DNA of 64,000 bases from Parachlamydiales bacterium (GTDB lineage: Bacteria > Chlamydiota > Chlamydiia > Chlamydiales > SM23-39). The notes beneath the pieces are model-generated. The model ran no database searches. It worked only from the letters and a program-made list of their open reading frames with translations, and had not been told where the DNA came from. Shown piece after piece: positions 10,148-19,841 of the stretch. Positions within the stretch are counted from its first letter, which is position 1, and the number at the start of each line of letters is the position of its first letter. Made by a program: the position numbers and the translations under genes. The stretch spans positions 128,001 to 192,000 of the forward strand of contig JBNLAH010000003.1 in assembly GCA_050302075.1 (NCBI GenBank), read 5' to 3'.

Positions 10148-11359
10148 TTGGCTTACTTTAGAATAAAAAAATATTTTTACACTTCAGAGCTGATCAGATT
10201 TTTTTTCATATCACTTTCTTTTTTTTTGCTAATATTTCCAAAGGGCGGCATTAAAGTAGCTTCTATCCCAATAACATGGGGATATCTTTTACTTGGTACA
10301 ACTGCTTTTTTCTTGACCTTTAGAAGAACCATAAAAGTCCAAAAAAATCATTTATTTGTACTGATGGCACTCATTCCATTTCAAATAATCAGTGTACTTC
10401 ACTTTATAATCAACGGAATCGAGAGCATTGGATTTACAATCTCTTTTATAATCAGTTTTTACTTGTTACCAGTAATCTTTTTCATGATTTTCTCTGAATA
10501 CATCAAAAGGATCCCCACAGATTTAATATTAAAGATCATTAGAAACGGAGTTCTTTTCTTAGCGATGTATGGGATATTTTTATTTTCCTTTAAAGCCATT
10601 ACAGGGAAGTTTATTGGAATACCATTATTAACAACTAATCTTGGTGACTCATTTAGTATGTCGGACAAATGTATAGATAGAGGCGGCATTTTTAAACTAA
10701 TCTCAACTTATAATAATGGAAATATCTTTGGAGTTTGCATGTTGATGATCCTGCCTTTTTATCAGTATGCAGAAAGAAGTGGTATAAGAAGATTGATTGT
10801 AAAGCTCGCTTTACTTTTGACTTTATCTAGAACAGTCTGGATAGGAATGATTATCCATGAAGTCTTTGATGCTTTAATGTTTTCTAATAATCGTACCACT
10901 AAAAATATAAAGCTATTGGCTTTCTTTCTGGTATTTGGTTTTTTATCAGTTTTTATCGCAAAGAAAATCAATTTAAACTCCTCATTTTTTTTAGATCTTT
11001 CATTAGGGAATAGGGTCAAGCAGTTTAATGCCATTACCGAATCTGGGCTATTTGGAAATACAGCTTTTAGAAGTATTACTGAGATTACCTATATGAGTGT
11101 TCTTAAAAACTTTGGCTATATCGGTTTATTTGCTTTCTGCATTGCAATGTTCAGTCCATTTATAGCTAGGTTAAGGGTTGTAAATAAAATAAGCTCAACA
11201 ATAGCTGCAGGGCTTATAAATTACTTGGTTATAAGCCTTTCAGATGGAACAATCCTATTCATACCAACTTTGGCTTTATATTGGTTTTTTACCTCTTTAA
11301 TGGTTACAAAACAGGACTTTACAGAGGAATTTAGCTTTGAAGAGTTAAAGGCTGCTTAA
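10148..11359 (+). CDS. Polytopic membrane protein, O-antigen polymerase/ligase (Wzy/WaaL)-like
   Basis: About 10 hydrophobic segments, STYNNGN loop, LTLSRTVW motif, glycan-cluster context; TTG start. Confidence 0.6.
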   Translation: MAYFRIKKYFYTSELIRFFFISLSFFLLIFPKGGIKVASIPITWGYLLLGTTAFFLTFRRTIKVQKNHLFVLMALIPFQIISVLHFIINGIESIGFTISFIISFYLLPVIFFMIFSEYIKRIPTDLILKIIRNGVLFLAMYGIFLFSFKAITGKFIGIPLLTTNLGDSFSMSDKCIDRGGIFKLISTYNNGNIFGVCMLMILPFYQYAERSGIRRLIVKLALLLTLSRTVWIGMIIHEVFDALMFSNNRTTKNIKLLAFFLVFGFLSVFIAKKINLNSSFFLDLSLGNRVKQFNAITESGLFGNTAFRSITEITYMSVLKNFGYIGLFAFCIAMFSPFIARLRVVNKISSTIAAGLINYLVISLSDGTILFIPTLALYWFFTSLMVTKQDFTEEFSFEELKAA

Positions 11360-11554
11360 AAAGCCTGATTTATCTGCATGTTATCTGCACAATTCTTATA
11401 TAAACTTTGCAGATAAAAATCCGAGAAACTAATTACATAACAAAGCTTGCATAAGATAATCATTAAAGATCTTTGATAGTTCTCATAACTTTCTTTACAT
11501 TTTTTGTTGCCTTTCATAGTCTCTATAAAAAAATTAATATATAGTAGGTACAAC

Positions 11555-11710
11555 GTGGGATACATTGATCCTGGTAGTGGGGCGCTCATATGGCAATTTT
11601 TAACTGCAGCTTTTTTGGGCTCGTTATTTTTTATTAAAAAGTTTTTCGCTTTCTTAACACTCCGCAAGCTAAGAAAAAAAGATGAACAAAAACCAGACTC
11701 CTCAAAATAG
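11555..11710 (+). CDS. Small single-TM protein of the YIDPG(S/T)G family
   Basis: YIDPGSGALIWQ, a hydrophobic helix and a basic tail. GTG at 11555 follows AGG. Overlaps the next gene. Confidence 0.7.
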   Translation: MGYIDPGSGALIWQFLTAAFLGSLFFIKKFFAFLTLRKLRKKDEQKPDSSK

Positions 11711-13073
11711 GTCCTTTCGTGATCCCAGTGGATACGTTGTTGTCGAAAAAGAAAATGTCACTCGTTTCTTACAGAAAAATGAGGGTGCAGCTCTTTTAAA
11801 CACTTGCTCTAACAGCTCAGTAGTAAAAAAATGGATTGAAAATGATAAACTTATATCATATTCAATTACTGAAGATAATCAATCAGATATTGTTTTAAGC
11901 CATCCAAAAATTGACTTTCCAAGTTACCCCTTTGAATGGTCAGCTTCAATGCTATATAGTGCTGGAGAACTTACGATAGATTTAGCACTGGAGCTTTTAG
12001 AAGAGAAAAAAGGACTAAAGGATGCAAGTGCCTACAATATTTTATATAAAGGTCATAATCCAGTTTTTATTGACCTTGCCTCAGTTGAAGAAAGAGATGA
12101 AAATAACCCCTACTGGCTCCCATACTCTCAATTTATTAGAATGTTTATTCTACCGCTTTACTTAAACAGATTTTACAATATAAGCATTAATTCGATGCTT
12201 TTCAATAGCCATGATGGACTGAGCTATAATGACTGCAAAAAAATTGTGAGGAGATACTCTCTTTTTGAAATTTCGCTAATTCACTTACCTAACTTCTTAT
12301 CCAAATACAAATCTAGTAAAATATACAAAAATCACGCCTTAAAAAATTCTGAACTAGCCCAGTTTATTGTTAGGCGCCTTTTAAATAAGGCAAAAAAACA
12401 GCTCAAAAAGGTAAGACCTAAGCATACAAGAAAATCTAACTGGTCTGCTTACCTTCATCAGCTAAACCATTATTCAACCAATGAGTTTGAAAAAAAATGC
12501 TCCTGGGTAAAAGAGCACGTGGCAAAAATAAAACCTGAAAAGGTGCTAGATGTAGGATGCAATACTGGACATTTTTCAGTGATTGCTGCTAAAGAAAATG
12601 CTCAAGTTATTTCAATTGACTATGATGAAACAGTAATTGACATGCTCTTTAGTTATGCAAAGGCTGAAAAACTCAATATATTGCCTCTAGTTGTAAATAT
12701 TGCAAGACCAACCCCATCTGTTGGCTGGAAAAACTCAGAATATTTCTCATTTCTACAAAGAGCATACAATCATTTTGATCTTGTTATGATGCTTGCAGTT
12801 ATTCACCATTTGCTTATTACTGATCGGATACCAATGGAAGAAATTGCGGATCTTGCCGCCAAATTAACCAACAATTATCTGATAATAGAGTTCATTGAGC
12901 AAAAAGACCCAATGTTTTCGGTTCTTACAAGAGGAAGGGATAATCTTTATAATCATATTACTTTAGATTTTTTCAAAAAAACATTCTCTAAAGACTTTGA
13001 ATTCGTAGATGAAACAAATAATTCATATCACCCAACAAGAAAGCTTTTACTCCTAAAGAAAAAAAGCTCATGA
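11682..13073 (+). CDS. NoeA-like protein (kinase-like N-domain plus class I SAM methyltransferase)
   Basis: SFRDPSG, SYPFEWS, LKDASAYNI, FIDLAS, VLDVGCNTG and LAVIHHL motifs. Confidence 0.8.
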   Translation: MNKNQTPQNRSFRDPSGYVVVEKENVTRFLQKNEGAALLNTCSNSSVVKKWIENDKLISYSITEDNQSDIVLSHPKIDFPSYPFEWSASMLYSAGELTIDLALELLEEKKGLKDASAYNILYKGHNPVFIDLASVEERDENNPYWLPYSQFIRMFILPLYLNRFYNISINSMLFNSHDGLSYNDCKKIVRRYSLFEISLIHLPNFLSKYKSSKIYKNHALKNSELAQFIVRRLLNKAKKQLKKVRPKHTRKSNWSAYLHQLNHYSTNEFEKKCSWVKEHVAKIKPEKVLDVGCNTGHFSVIAAKENAQVISIDYDETVIDMLFSYAKAEKLNILPLVVNIARPTPSVGWKNSEYFSFLQRAYNHFDLVMMLAVIHHLLITDRIPMEEIADLAAKLTNNYLIIEFIEQKDPMFSVLTRGRDNLYNHITLDFFKKTFSKDFEFVDETNNSYHPTRKLLLLKKKSS

Positions 13074-14602
13074 ACTTTAAAAACCTCGCTATAGCATTTT
13101 CATTTTCACATTTAATGCTCTGCTTTTTTTTTATATTGCCGAACGGGAACGGGTATATGTTTCCAACCGCCGAATGTAGCGAACAGATAGTATCTTTTTT
13201 ACTTTTTCTTACAATTTTAACAGCCCTATTTTATAAATTACTATTCTCTACTAGTAACGCTTTATACGCAGTTTATATCCTTTTTACCTATATCATCTTT
13301 AGAGGTGTCAAAGCGATGTTCCGCTTTCAGTTCGGCGCCAACTTAAAGTCTATTACCTTTTTAATTAGCATCAGCATTTTATCAATTCTGTTTTCCTATT
13401 TTTACTTGAAAGATCGAAGAAAAATATCACAAATAACCAAAAACATTATCTTATTTTTTGCACCTTTTGGCCTCTTAACAGTCTTTAAATTGTCAACTGA
13501 CTTAATCGAGCTTAAAAAAAATGTTTCTCTAAAACAATACCAGGCAAATAACGAAAATAATAAGATATTTTGGATAATTTTTGATGAACTAGACCAATAT
13601 CTTATATTCGAAAACCCAAATAGACCGTTTTTTAGCGAACTTGAAAAATTAAAAAATGAGTCAATCTATGCTAGCAAAGCTATACAGCCAGGAAGCTGCA
13701 CAAACATATCTCTACCAGCTTTTACAACTGGGCTCACCATAAACGATGTTGTCCTTAACGGGGCCTCCCACTTAAAACTATTATTAAAAAATGGCTCTAC
13801 GACCGACTGGAGAAAAACCCCGAATATTTTTCAAAAAGCATCAGCTTTAGGATATAACTCTTCACTAATAGGTTGGTACCATCCATATGATCGAATTTTT
13901 TCATCTGATGTTGCTTATATAGCTCTAGAAGATTCTTTTTTTGAGAAGAAAAAACTAAATAAATTTAGATCAGTCTCTATAACTTTCATCAACCAAATCT
14001 TTTCTTTTTTTCACTACAACTTTGATAAATTATTCCAAATTTCCTTAAAGAAATCTCTCATTCCCAAAGAGGCTATCAAGATAAAAAGTGATATAAGAAA
14101 TGAACAGTGGTATGGCTCTTTACTAACAAAAATGGAAGAAGTTATTGATAATGACAAACTCAACTTCAATTTCTTTCATCTACCAATACCTCATTATCCA
14201 ACTTGCTATAACTCCAAAACAAATAAAATAGCAAACGCTAGCCCAAATTATTATGAGAACGTTTATTTGGTTGATAAAACCCTCTCTTGGCTTCGAGAAA
14301 AGCTCTCTCAAAAAAACCTATGGGAAAGCTCTATAATTATTGTCACTTCTGATCACTGGCTTAGAACAGAAAAAGGCTTCGTAGATCAATATGTAAAAGA
14401 AGAATCTGAAGAATTTAAAGCATCAATGGATAAAAGAAAGGCCCCCTATGTGCCTATACTAATCAAAATGCCCAACCAAAGTTCTAACAAAGAAATAAAC
14501 AAAGAAATAAACAGCTTGATTATCCACGATTTGGTGTTAGATATTATGAAAAAGAAAATCAAAACATCAGACGATGTCCTAAAAACAATCAATGATTCTT
14601 AA
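13070..14602 (+). CDS. Membrane-anchored sulfatase/alkaline-phosphatase-superfamily protein (NoeB/LTA-synthase-like)
   Basis: About five N-terminal TM helices, then WIIFDE, T-x-x-S, HLPIPH and IVTSDH metal-site motifs. Confidence 0.75.
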   Translation: MNFKNLAIAFSFSHLMLCFFFILPNGNGYMFPTAECSEQIVSFLLFLTILTALFYKLLFSTSNALYAVYILFTYIIFRGVKAMFRFQFGANLKSITFLISISILSILFSYFYLKDRRKISQITKNIILFFAPFGLLTVFKLSTDLIELKKNVSLKQYQANNENNKIFWIIFDELDQYLIFENPNRPFFSELEKLKNESIYASKAIQPGSCTNISLPAFTTGLTINDVVLNGASHLKLLLKNGSTTDWRKTPNIFQKASALGYNSSLIGWYHPYDRIFSSDVAYIALEDSFFEKKKLNKFRSVSITFINQIFSFFHYNFDKLFQISLKKSLIPKEAIKIKSDIRNEQWYGSLLTKMEEVIDNDKLNFNFFHLPIPHYPTCYNSKTNKIANASPNYYENVYLVDKTLSWLREKLSQKNLWESSIIIVTSDHWLRTEKGFVDQYVKEESEEFKASMDKRKAPYVPILIKMPNQSSNKEINKEINSLIIHDLVLDIMKKKIKTSDDVLKTINDS

Positions 14603-15608
14603 TGCGAATGAGATCAAGTAGACGCTTTAGATCTTGAGACTTCCCTTTTTTTGCTAAAAAGATAGTATCATCTGTTTCTATGCATATAATGTTATCTATT
14701 CCCATTGTCGACACTAGCTTCTTTTGTCCTATTATCAGGCTATTTTTAGTATCTAAATCAACTATATTGCCAACTTTAACATTCTGGTTGTTATCCTTGT
14801 CTAAAATATCATACAAACTGTCCCAAGACCCAATGTCTGACCAGGCAACATCCAGTGATACGCAAAATGAGTTATTAACTTTTTCCATGATTGCGTGATC
14901 AAATGATATACTTTCAGCGTTTGAAAAATTTCTCAAACAGTTTTCATAACTTTGATCGAATATCTCATAAAGATCTTTGTTATACTCTCTTACAGCATCT
15001 TTTAATATTTTGCTGTTGAATAAGAACATTCCTGAGTTCCAAAAATAATCCTCTTTATTATAAATGGTCTTAGCCACTTTCTTAGGAGGTTTCTCAATAA
15101 ATTGAACAATCGGTTTGACTAAGCCACTTGTGTTTTTAACTTGTATATAGCCATATCCAGTCTCAGCCCTTTTTGGTCTAATACCAAATGTTGTGATTCC
15201 ATCTAATTCCTTAGAAACGGCTTTTAAGACTTCAAAAAACTCCTCAATGGGTTCTATAACATGATCTGAGGGAAGAATTAAAATAGGCTCGTCAGGGCTT
15301 GTTCTGAGGACTTCTTCAAGATATTTGGCAGAAAGCATAATCGCTGGACCAGTATTTCTTGGAGTAGGCTCATACAAAAACGATAAGGGCTTTTTGCTAA
15401 CCGGCTTCTTTTCTTCTAAAAGCTCTTTATAATGAATACTTGTAGAAATTAAAATATGGTCGACAATATCTAGGTAATCAAACCTTTCAATTGTCTTTTG
15501 GAGTAATGATTTTTGATCAAGTAAGTTCAAAAATTGCTTAGGACAATCTTGGTTTGAAATAGGCCAGAGTCTTTTTCCTACACCACCTGCTAAAATAACT
15601 GCTTTCAT
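14589..15608 (-). CDS. manC: Mannose-1-phosphate guanylyltransferase
   Basis: ILAGGVGKRLWP, PKQF, RNTGPA, PSDH, ETGYGYI, FIEKP, WNSGMF and WSDIGSW motifs; no cupin tail. Confidence 0.92.
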   Translation of the reverse strand: MKAVILAGGVGKRLWPISNQDCPKQFLNLLDQKSLLQKTIERFDYLDIVDHILISTSIHYKELLEEKKPVSKKPLSFLYEPTPRNTGPAIMLSAKYLEEVLRTSPDEPILILPSDHVIEPIEEFFEVLKAVSKELDGITTFGIRPKRAETGYGYIQVKNTSGLVKPIVQFIEKPPKKVAKTIYNKEDYFWNSGMFLFNSKILKDAVREYNKDLYEIFDQSYENCLRNFSNAESISFDHAIMEKVNNSFCVSLDVAWSDIGSWDSLYDILDKDNNQNVKVGNIVDLDTKNSLIIGQKKLVSTMGIDNIICIETDDTIFLAKKGKSQDLKRLLDLIRIKNH

Positions 15609-16723
15609 TGCGCCCTTTGGAATTCAAAATATTTTTCGTAAACGAATTGTTCCATTTCTTTTTTAAAATAATCAATATCAAACTTCTCTGCATGCCCTCT
15701 TATTTTTTCTAAATTGAAATTACTATACTTTCTTTCGAAATCCTCTATGGCGTTTAATAAAGACTCAGGTGTTTGTTCATCAAAAAAAATTCCGGTCTTT
15801 TGATCTACGACAGTTTCTAAAGCTCCTCCTTTACGATAAGCTATAACAGGAGTTCCGCAACTTTGAGCTTCGACCGGCAATATTCCAAAATCCTCATAAG
15901 ATGCAAAAATGAAGGCCTTAGCTCTTTGAAGATAATTTCTTACTTCAAAGTCAGAAACAGCCCCCAATATTTCCACATTTTTGGTTGCCATTTTTTCAAT
16001 TAACTTTCTTTGAGGGCCATCTCCAATCACTATCAATCTGAGATCTTGCCGTCTTGAAAAAGCTTCAACTATCATGTCGATTTTTTTATACGGGACAAGC
16101 CTTGAAGCTGCTACATAATAATTTTCTTTCTTTGAATGGAATCCAAAATACTTGGTATCCACAGGAGGATAAATAACTTTTGAGCTTCTTCCATATGCTT
16201 TTTTAATCCTTCTAGCAATGCACTTTGAATTTGCAATGAACTCATCAACTCTGTTTACACTCGATACATCCCAAAGACGGATATAGTGTAAAAATAACTT
16301 CGCTAATTTTCCCTTAATTCCTTTTTGCAATTTTGAATCTGAAAGATATTGATGATATAAATCCCAAGCATATCTGATAGGCGTATTACAATAACATATA
16401 TGAAGCTGATCAGGATGCGTCATAATACCTTTTGCAACAGAGTGTGAAGAAGATAGAACAAGATCGTAATTTGATGTATCTAACTGTTCTATTGCAAGTG
16501 GAAAAAGAGGCAAGTAGTTCCTGTACTTTTTTTTAGAAAATGGAAGCTTTTGAATAAATGAACTTGTGATCTTGTAATTACTAAAAGCTGTCCCTTGAAG
16601 CATTTTTTCATCTTTCACTAAAGTAAAAATATCAGGATTGAAGATCTCACAAATGCTCTGGTTTAATTTCTCTGCTCCACCAATAGCGGAGACCATCCAA
16701 TCAATAACCAAAGCTGTTTTCAT
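15605..16723 (-). CDS. GT4 glycosyltransferase (WbaZ-like mannosyltransferase)
   Basis: GGAEK, TPIRYAWD, SRLVPYK and EDFGILPVEAQSCG motifs. Confidence 0.9.
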   Translation of the reverse strand: MKTALVIDWMVSAIGGAEKLNQSICEIFNPDIFTLVKDEKMLQGTAFSNYKITSSFIQKLPFSKKKYRNYLPLFPLAIEQLDTSNYDLVLSSSHSVAKGIMTHPDQLHICYCNTPIRYAWDLYHQYLSDSKLQKGIKGKLAKLFLHYIRLWDVSSVNRVDEFIANSKCIARRIKKAYGRSSKVIYPPVDTKYFGFHSKKENYYVAASRLVPYKKIDMIVEAFSRRQDLRLIVIGDGPQRKLIEKMATKNVEILGAVSDFEVRNYLQRAKAFIFASYEDFGILPVEAQSCGTPVIAYRKGGALETVVDQKTGIFFDEQTPESLLNAIEDFERKYSNFNLEKIRGHAEKFDIDYFKKEMEQFVYEKYFEFQRAQ

Positions 16724-17795
16724 CTAAGTAATGCCTCAAATAGTTCAATGTGACTTCTGGCTGCTGTTTCCCAAGAAAATTTCTTAACTTGCTTAAACCC
16801 TTGATCAATTATTTTTTCTCTTAAATTTTGATCAAAAGCTATTCTACGCATTTGGGCTGCAAGTTCAAAGTAATTTTTTGAATCAAAATAAATAATTGCA
16901 TCCTCTCCCACTTCTGGGATACTTGCAGAAGTAGAACCAATAACAGGACAACCCATTGCCATACTCTCCAAAATTGGCAATCCAAAACCTTCATAAAGGG
17001 AAGGAAAAATAAAGGACCTTGCATTTTTGTAGAATAAAGGGAGTTCTTCATTCGTTATGTCACCTAAAAAGTGAATGTTTTTTCTAGACTTTACACTAGA
17101 TATTATTGAGTCAGAATTTATCAACCCCTTTGATTTCCCAATAATTACTAAATCAAAGTTGTCTTTAAGTAAGTCATAGGCATCTATCAATACCTTAAGG
17201 TTTTTATGAGGCTTTAAATTACCTACAAACAAAAAAAAAGGCTTTTTAATGTTATATTTCTGAAAAATATCTACATCTTCTGGCTTGCTCAGCTGAAAAC
17301 AATTGAAATTCACTGCGCAGTTTATAACATGGATCTTATCCGAAGAGACTCTTAAGTATCTTATAATTTCACTTTTCGAGAACTCAGAATCTGTAATAAT
17401 AACTTCAGATTTTTTAACTGCCTGCTTGTAAACAAGCTTTGCATAGGCTTTTTCCTTCCACTTTAAAGTATCAAAGAAAGCTAGATGAAAAACATCATGT
17501 ATTGTAACAATCCTTTTTTTTGCTCTTACTGGAAAGAGCGGAACATTAAAATGCGGTGACCAAAAAATGTCGTGCTTTATGACTTTCGAAAAAAAAACTG
17601 TTCTTTTATTGAGTAAATTGAATGATTTGATTCTATTAATGACTCTTGGGGTATCCAGGAAAAGCTTGAACTGTCTTCTGGAGCTATAATAATTTCAGGA
17701 GCATATTTTTCAACAATGAAGGGAAGGATGTTGCTTAAGTAAGTTCCTATCCCAGAACTTCTTATCATTCTTGCATCAATACAGATTTTTTTCAT
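16720..17795 (-). pseudogene. GT4 glycosyltransferase frameshifted at a T9 tract (17589-17597)
   Basis: N-terminus [16 protein letters not shown] stops at 17577. Adding one T gives DIFWSPHFNVP..VTIHDVFH in an open frame continuous with the C-terminal EGFGLPILE domain. Confidence 0.85.
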
Positions 17796-18829
17796 CAAAC
17801 TAAACAAGTTTTAGAATTTGAAAATAGCTTCAAATCTTGACCCATCATGATCTTAACTAGCTCTTCCATCGAAGTCTGCGCTTTCCATCCAAGTAAATCA
17901 TAAGCCTTACTAGCATCACCAATAAGATAATCAACTTCAGTTGGCCTGAAAAATTCCGAAGAAACAACTACTAGTTCCTTACCTGTCTTGCTATCAATTC
18001 CTTTTTCATCAAGTCCTTTGCCTTCCCAAAATATTTCGATTCCAACTTCTTTAAAGGCAAGCTCTACAAACTTTCTAACTGTATGAGTCTTTCCTGTGGC
18101 CAAAACAAAATCTTCTGGTTTGTCATGCTGCAAAATCCTCCACATGCCTTCAACAAAGTCTTTGGCATATCCCCAGTCCCTTTTAGCATCTAAGTTACCA
18201 AGCTCCAATTTACTTTGTAGACCATTCGCTATTTTAGCAGCAGAAAGGGTGATTTTTCTCGTTACAAAATTTTCGCCTCTACGCGGGCTTTCATGATTAA
18301 ACAAAATTCCGTTACATGCAAAAAGACCATATGCCTCCCGGTAATTTTTTACTGACCAAAAAGCATACAACTTACTGACAGCATAGGGTGATCTCGGATA
18401 AAATGGGGTTGTCTCTTTTTGAACTTTTTCTTGAACTTTGCCATAAAGCTCTGATGTCGATGCCTGATAAAACTTGATATTCTTATTGCAAGACATAATA
18501 GCTTCTAACAAACGAATAATAGCAATTCCATTTACATCACCACAATATTCCGGCATCTGAAACGAAGATTTTACATGACTCATGGCTGCTAAGTTATAAA
18601 TCTCATCTGGGACAACTTCATGTACCACTTTTTTTATACTAGAAAAATCAGATAGATCACCTTCATGTAAAATTAATTTATTATTTTCTAAAAGGTGCTG
18701 AATCCTACTAAAATTCAATGTTGAAGTTCTTCTAATAAATCCATGAACTTCATAGTTTTTCTCTAATAGCAAATCAGCTAAATATGATCCGTCTTGACCT
18801 GTTATCCCTGTAATTAACGCTTTTTTCAT
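17795..18829 (-). CDS. gmd: GDP-mannose 4,6-dehydratase
   Basis: [39 protein letters not shown] and RDWGYA motifs. Confidence 0.97.
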   Translation of the reverse strand: MKKALITGITGQDGSYLADLLLEKNYEVHGFIRRTSTLNFSRIQHLLENNKLILHEGDLSDFSSIKKVVHEVVPDEIYNLAAMSHVKSSFQMPEYCGDVNGIAIIRLLEAIMSCNKNIKFYQASTSELYGKVQEKVQKETTPFYPRSPYAVSKLYAFWSVKNYREAYGLFACNGILFNHESPRRGENFVTRKITLSAAKIANGLQSKLELGNLDAKRDWGYAKDFVEGMWRILQHDKPEDFVLATGKTHTVRKFVELAFKEVGIEIFWEGKGLDEKGIDSKTGKELVVVSSEFFRPTEVDYLIGDASKAYDLLGWKAQTSMEELVKIMMGQDLKLFSNSKTCLV

Positions 18830-18859
18830 GTTTTTTTCTTTGTTTTTGTGAGAAAAGAA

Positions 18860-18880
18860 CTCCCGGTAAGATACCGGGAG
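18860..18880 (-). terminator. Intrinsic terminator after the small acidic protein gene
   Basis: Perfect 9-bp stem CTCCCGGTA/TACCGGGAG, followed by TTCTTTTCT on the minus strand. Confidence 0.8.
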
Positions 18881-18894
18881 GTTGGAGGAGACAT

Positions 18895-19095
18895 TTATTC
18901 TTTGTCTTGATCTGCTCCGCAGTCACTGCATTCTTGATCTGTGTTATCTGCTACTTCAACTTCTGCTGCTGCAGGCTCAGCGTCGTTTGCAGAAACTTCT
19001 ACTTCAGAGTTGTCTGCAATCTCGTCATTTGCATAAACATTAAAGGCAGTTAAGAAAGATAAACCGAACAAGAAATACATTGCTTTTTTTAACAT
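18895..19095 (-). CDS. Small secreted acidic protein (66 aa)
   Basis: Signal peptide ending VYA, GAGG RBS, own promoter-like motif and terminator. Confidence 0.75.
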   Translation of the reverse strand: MLKKAMYFLFGLSFLTAFNVYANDEIADNSEVEVSANDAEPAAAEVEVADNTDQECSDCGADQDKE

Positions 19096-19137
19096 CTAAA
19101 ACCTCATTTTAAAAAAATTTATTAAAGTCGCAGCCTC

Positions 19138-19167
19138 ACTTTAAAACTTGATGTGGCATGAAGTCAA
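19138..19167 (-). promoter_or_regulatory. Putative sigma66/70-type promoter
   Basis: TTGACT-N18-TAAAGT, ending about 40 bp upstream of the ATG at 19095. Confidence 0.45.
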
Positions 19168-19175
19168 TACTTTTT

Positions 19176-19841
19176 CTAGCAATAATTTTTAATGGTTCTT
19201 AGCAGCTTTCTGAAATCCTTTTGATCTAACTTTCCAGTGTTAGTGTTTTGAGGGCTAGGATGATAAGAACAAAATAATGTCGGCATATTTTCAAACTCAT
19301 AATGCTTACCATGAATAAATTTTACGCCTTTTACATTAATATTTTTTTCTCTTAAAAATCTTAAATATGCTCCGTGTGCCAACTTGCCTAAAACCAGAAC
19401 TCTGTTAACATTTTTCAAAATAGAAAATTCAGAAACAAGATATGGAAAGCAGTTTGTTTCTTCATTTTTATTTGGCATATTTTTAGGGGGAACGCATTTT
19501 ACCGCAGCACTCATATAAATGTTATATAGCTTAAGTCCATCATCTAAATAGTCAGAGTTTGGCTGGTTGCACATCTCTTCTAAATAAAGTGATCCCATTA
19601 AGAAATCACCAGACAAATCACCTGTAAAAATCCGGCCAGTCCTATTACCACCATGAGCTGATGGTGCTAGACCAATTAAAAATATCTCAGCATCCGGATT
19701 TCCATATCCTGGAACCGGCTTCTTCCAATACTGTTCTTGGCTATAGGCTTTCTTAGGCTCAATGTTTTCTCGGAAATCTACCAGCCTAGGACATTTCCGA
19801 CATTTGCAAACAATATCATTTAATGTTTTTAAATTTTTCAA
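19176..19841 (-). CDS. Uracil-DNA glycosylase family 5 (UdgB-like, Fe-S)
   Basis: CRKCPRL, GLAPSAHGGNRTGRIFTGD, VKCVPP and SYHPSPQN motifs. Confidence 0.9.
   Translation of the reverse strand: MKNLKTLNDIVCKCRKCPRLVDFRENIEPKKAYSQEQYWKKPVPGYGNPDAEIFLIGLAPSAHGGNRTGRIFTGDLSGDFLMGSLYLEEMCNQPNSDYLDDGLKLYNIYMSAAVKCVPPKNMPNKNEETNCFPYLVSEFSILKNVNRVLVLGKLAHGAYLRFLREKNINVKGVKFIHGKHYEFENMPTLFCSYHPSPQNTNTGKLDQKDFRKLLRTIKNYC

Noticed and set aside
11356..11667. 103-aa minus-strand ORF
   Set aside because: Antisense to the recognisable YIDPG gene, with no motif.
14486..14513. 12-bp tandem repeat (NKEINKEIN)
   Set aside because: Only two in-frame copies in A-rich sequence; no evidence of function.
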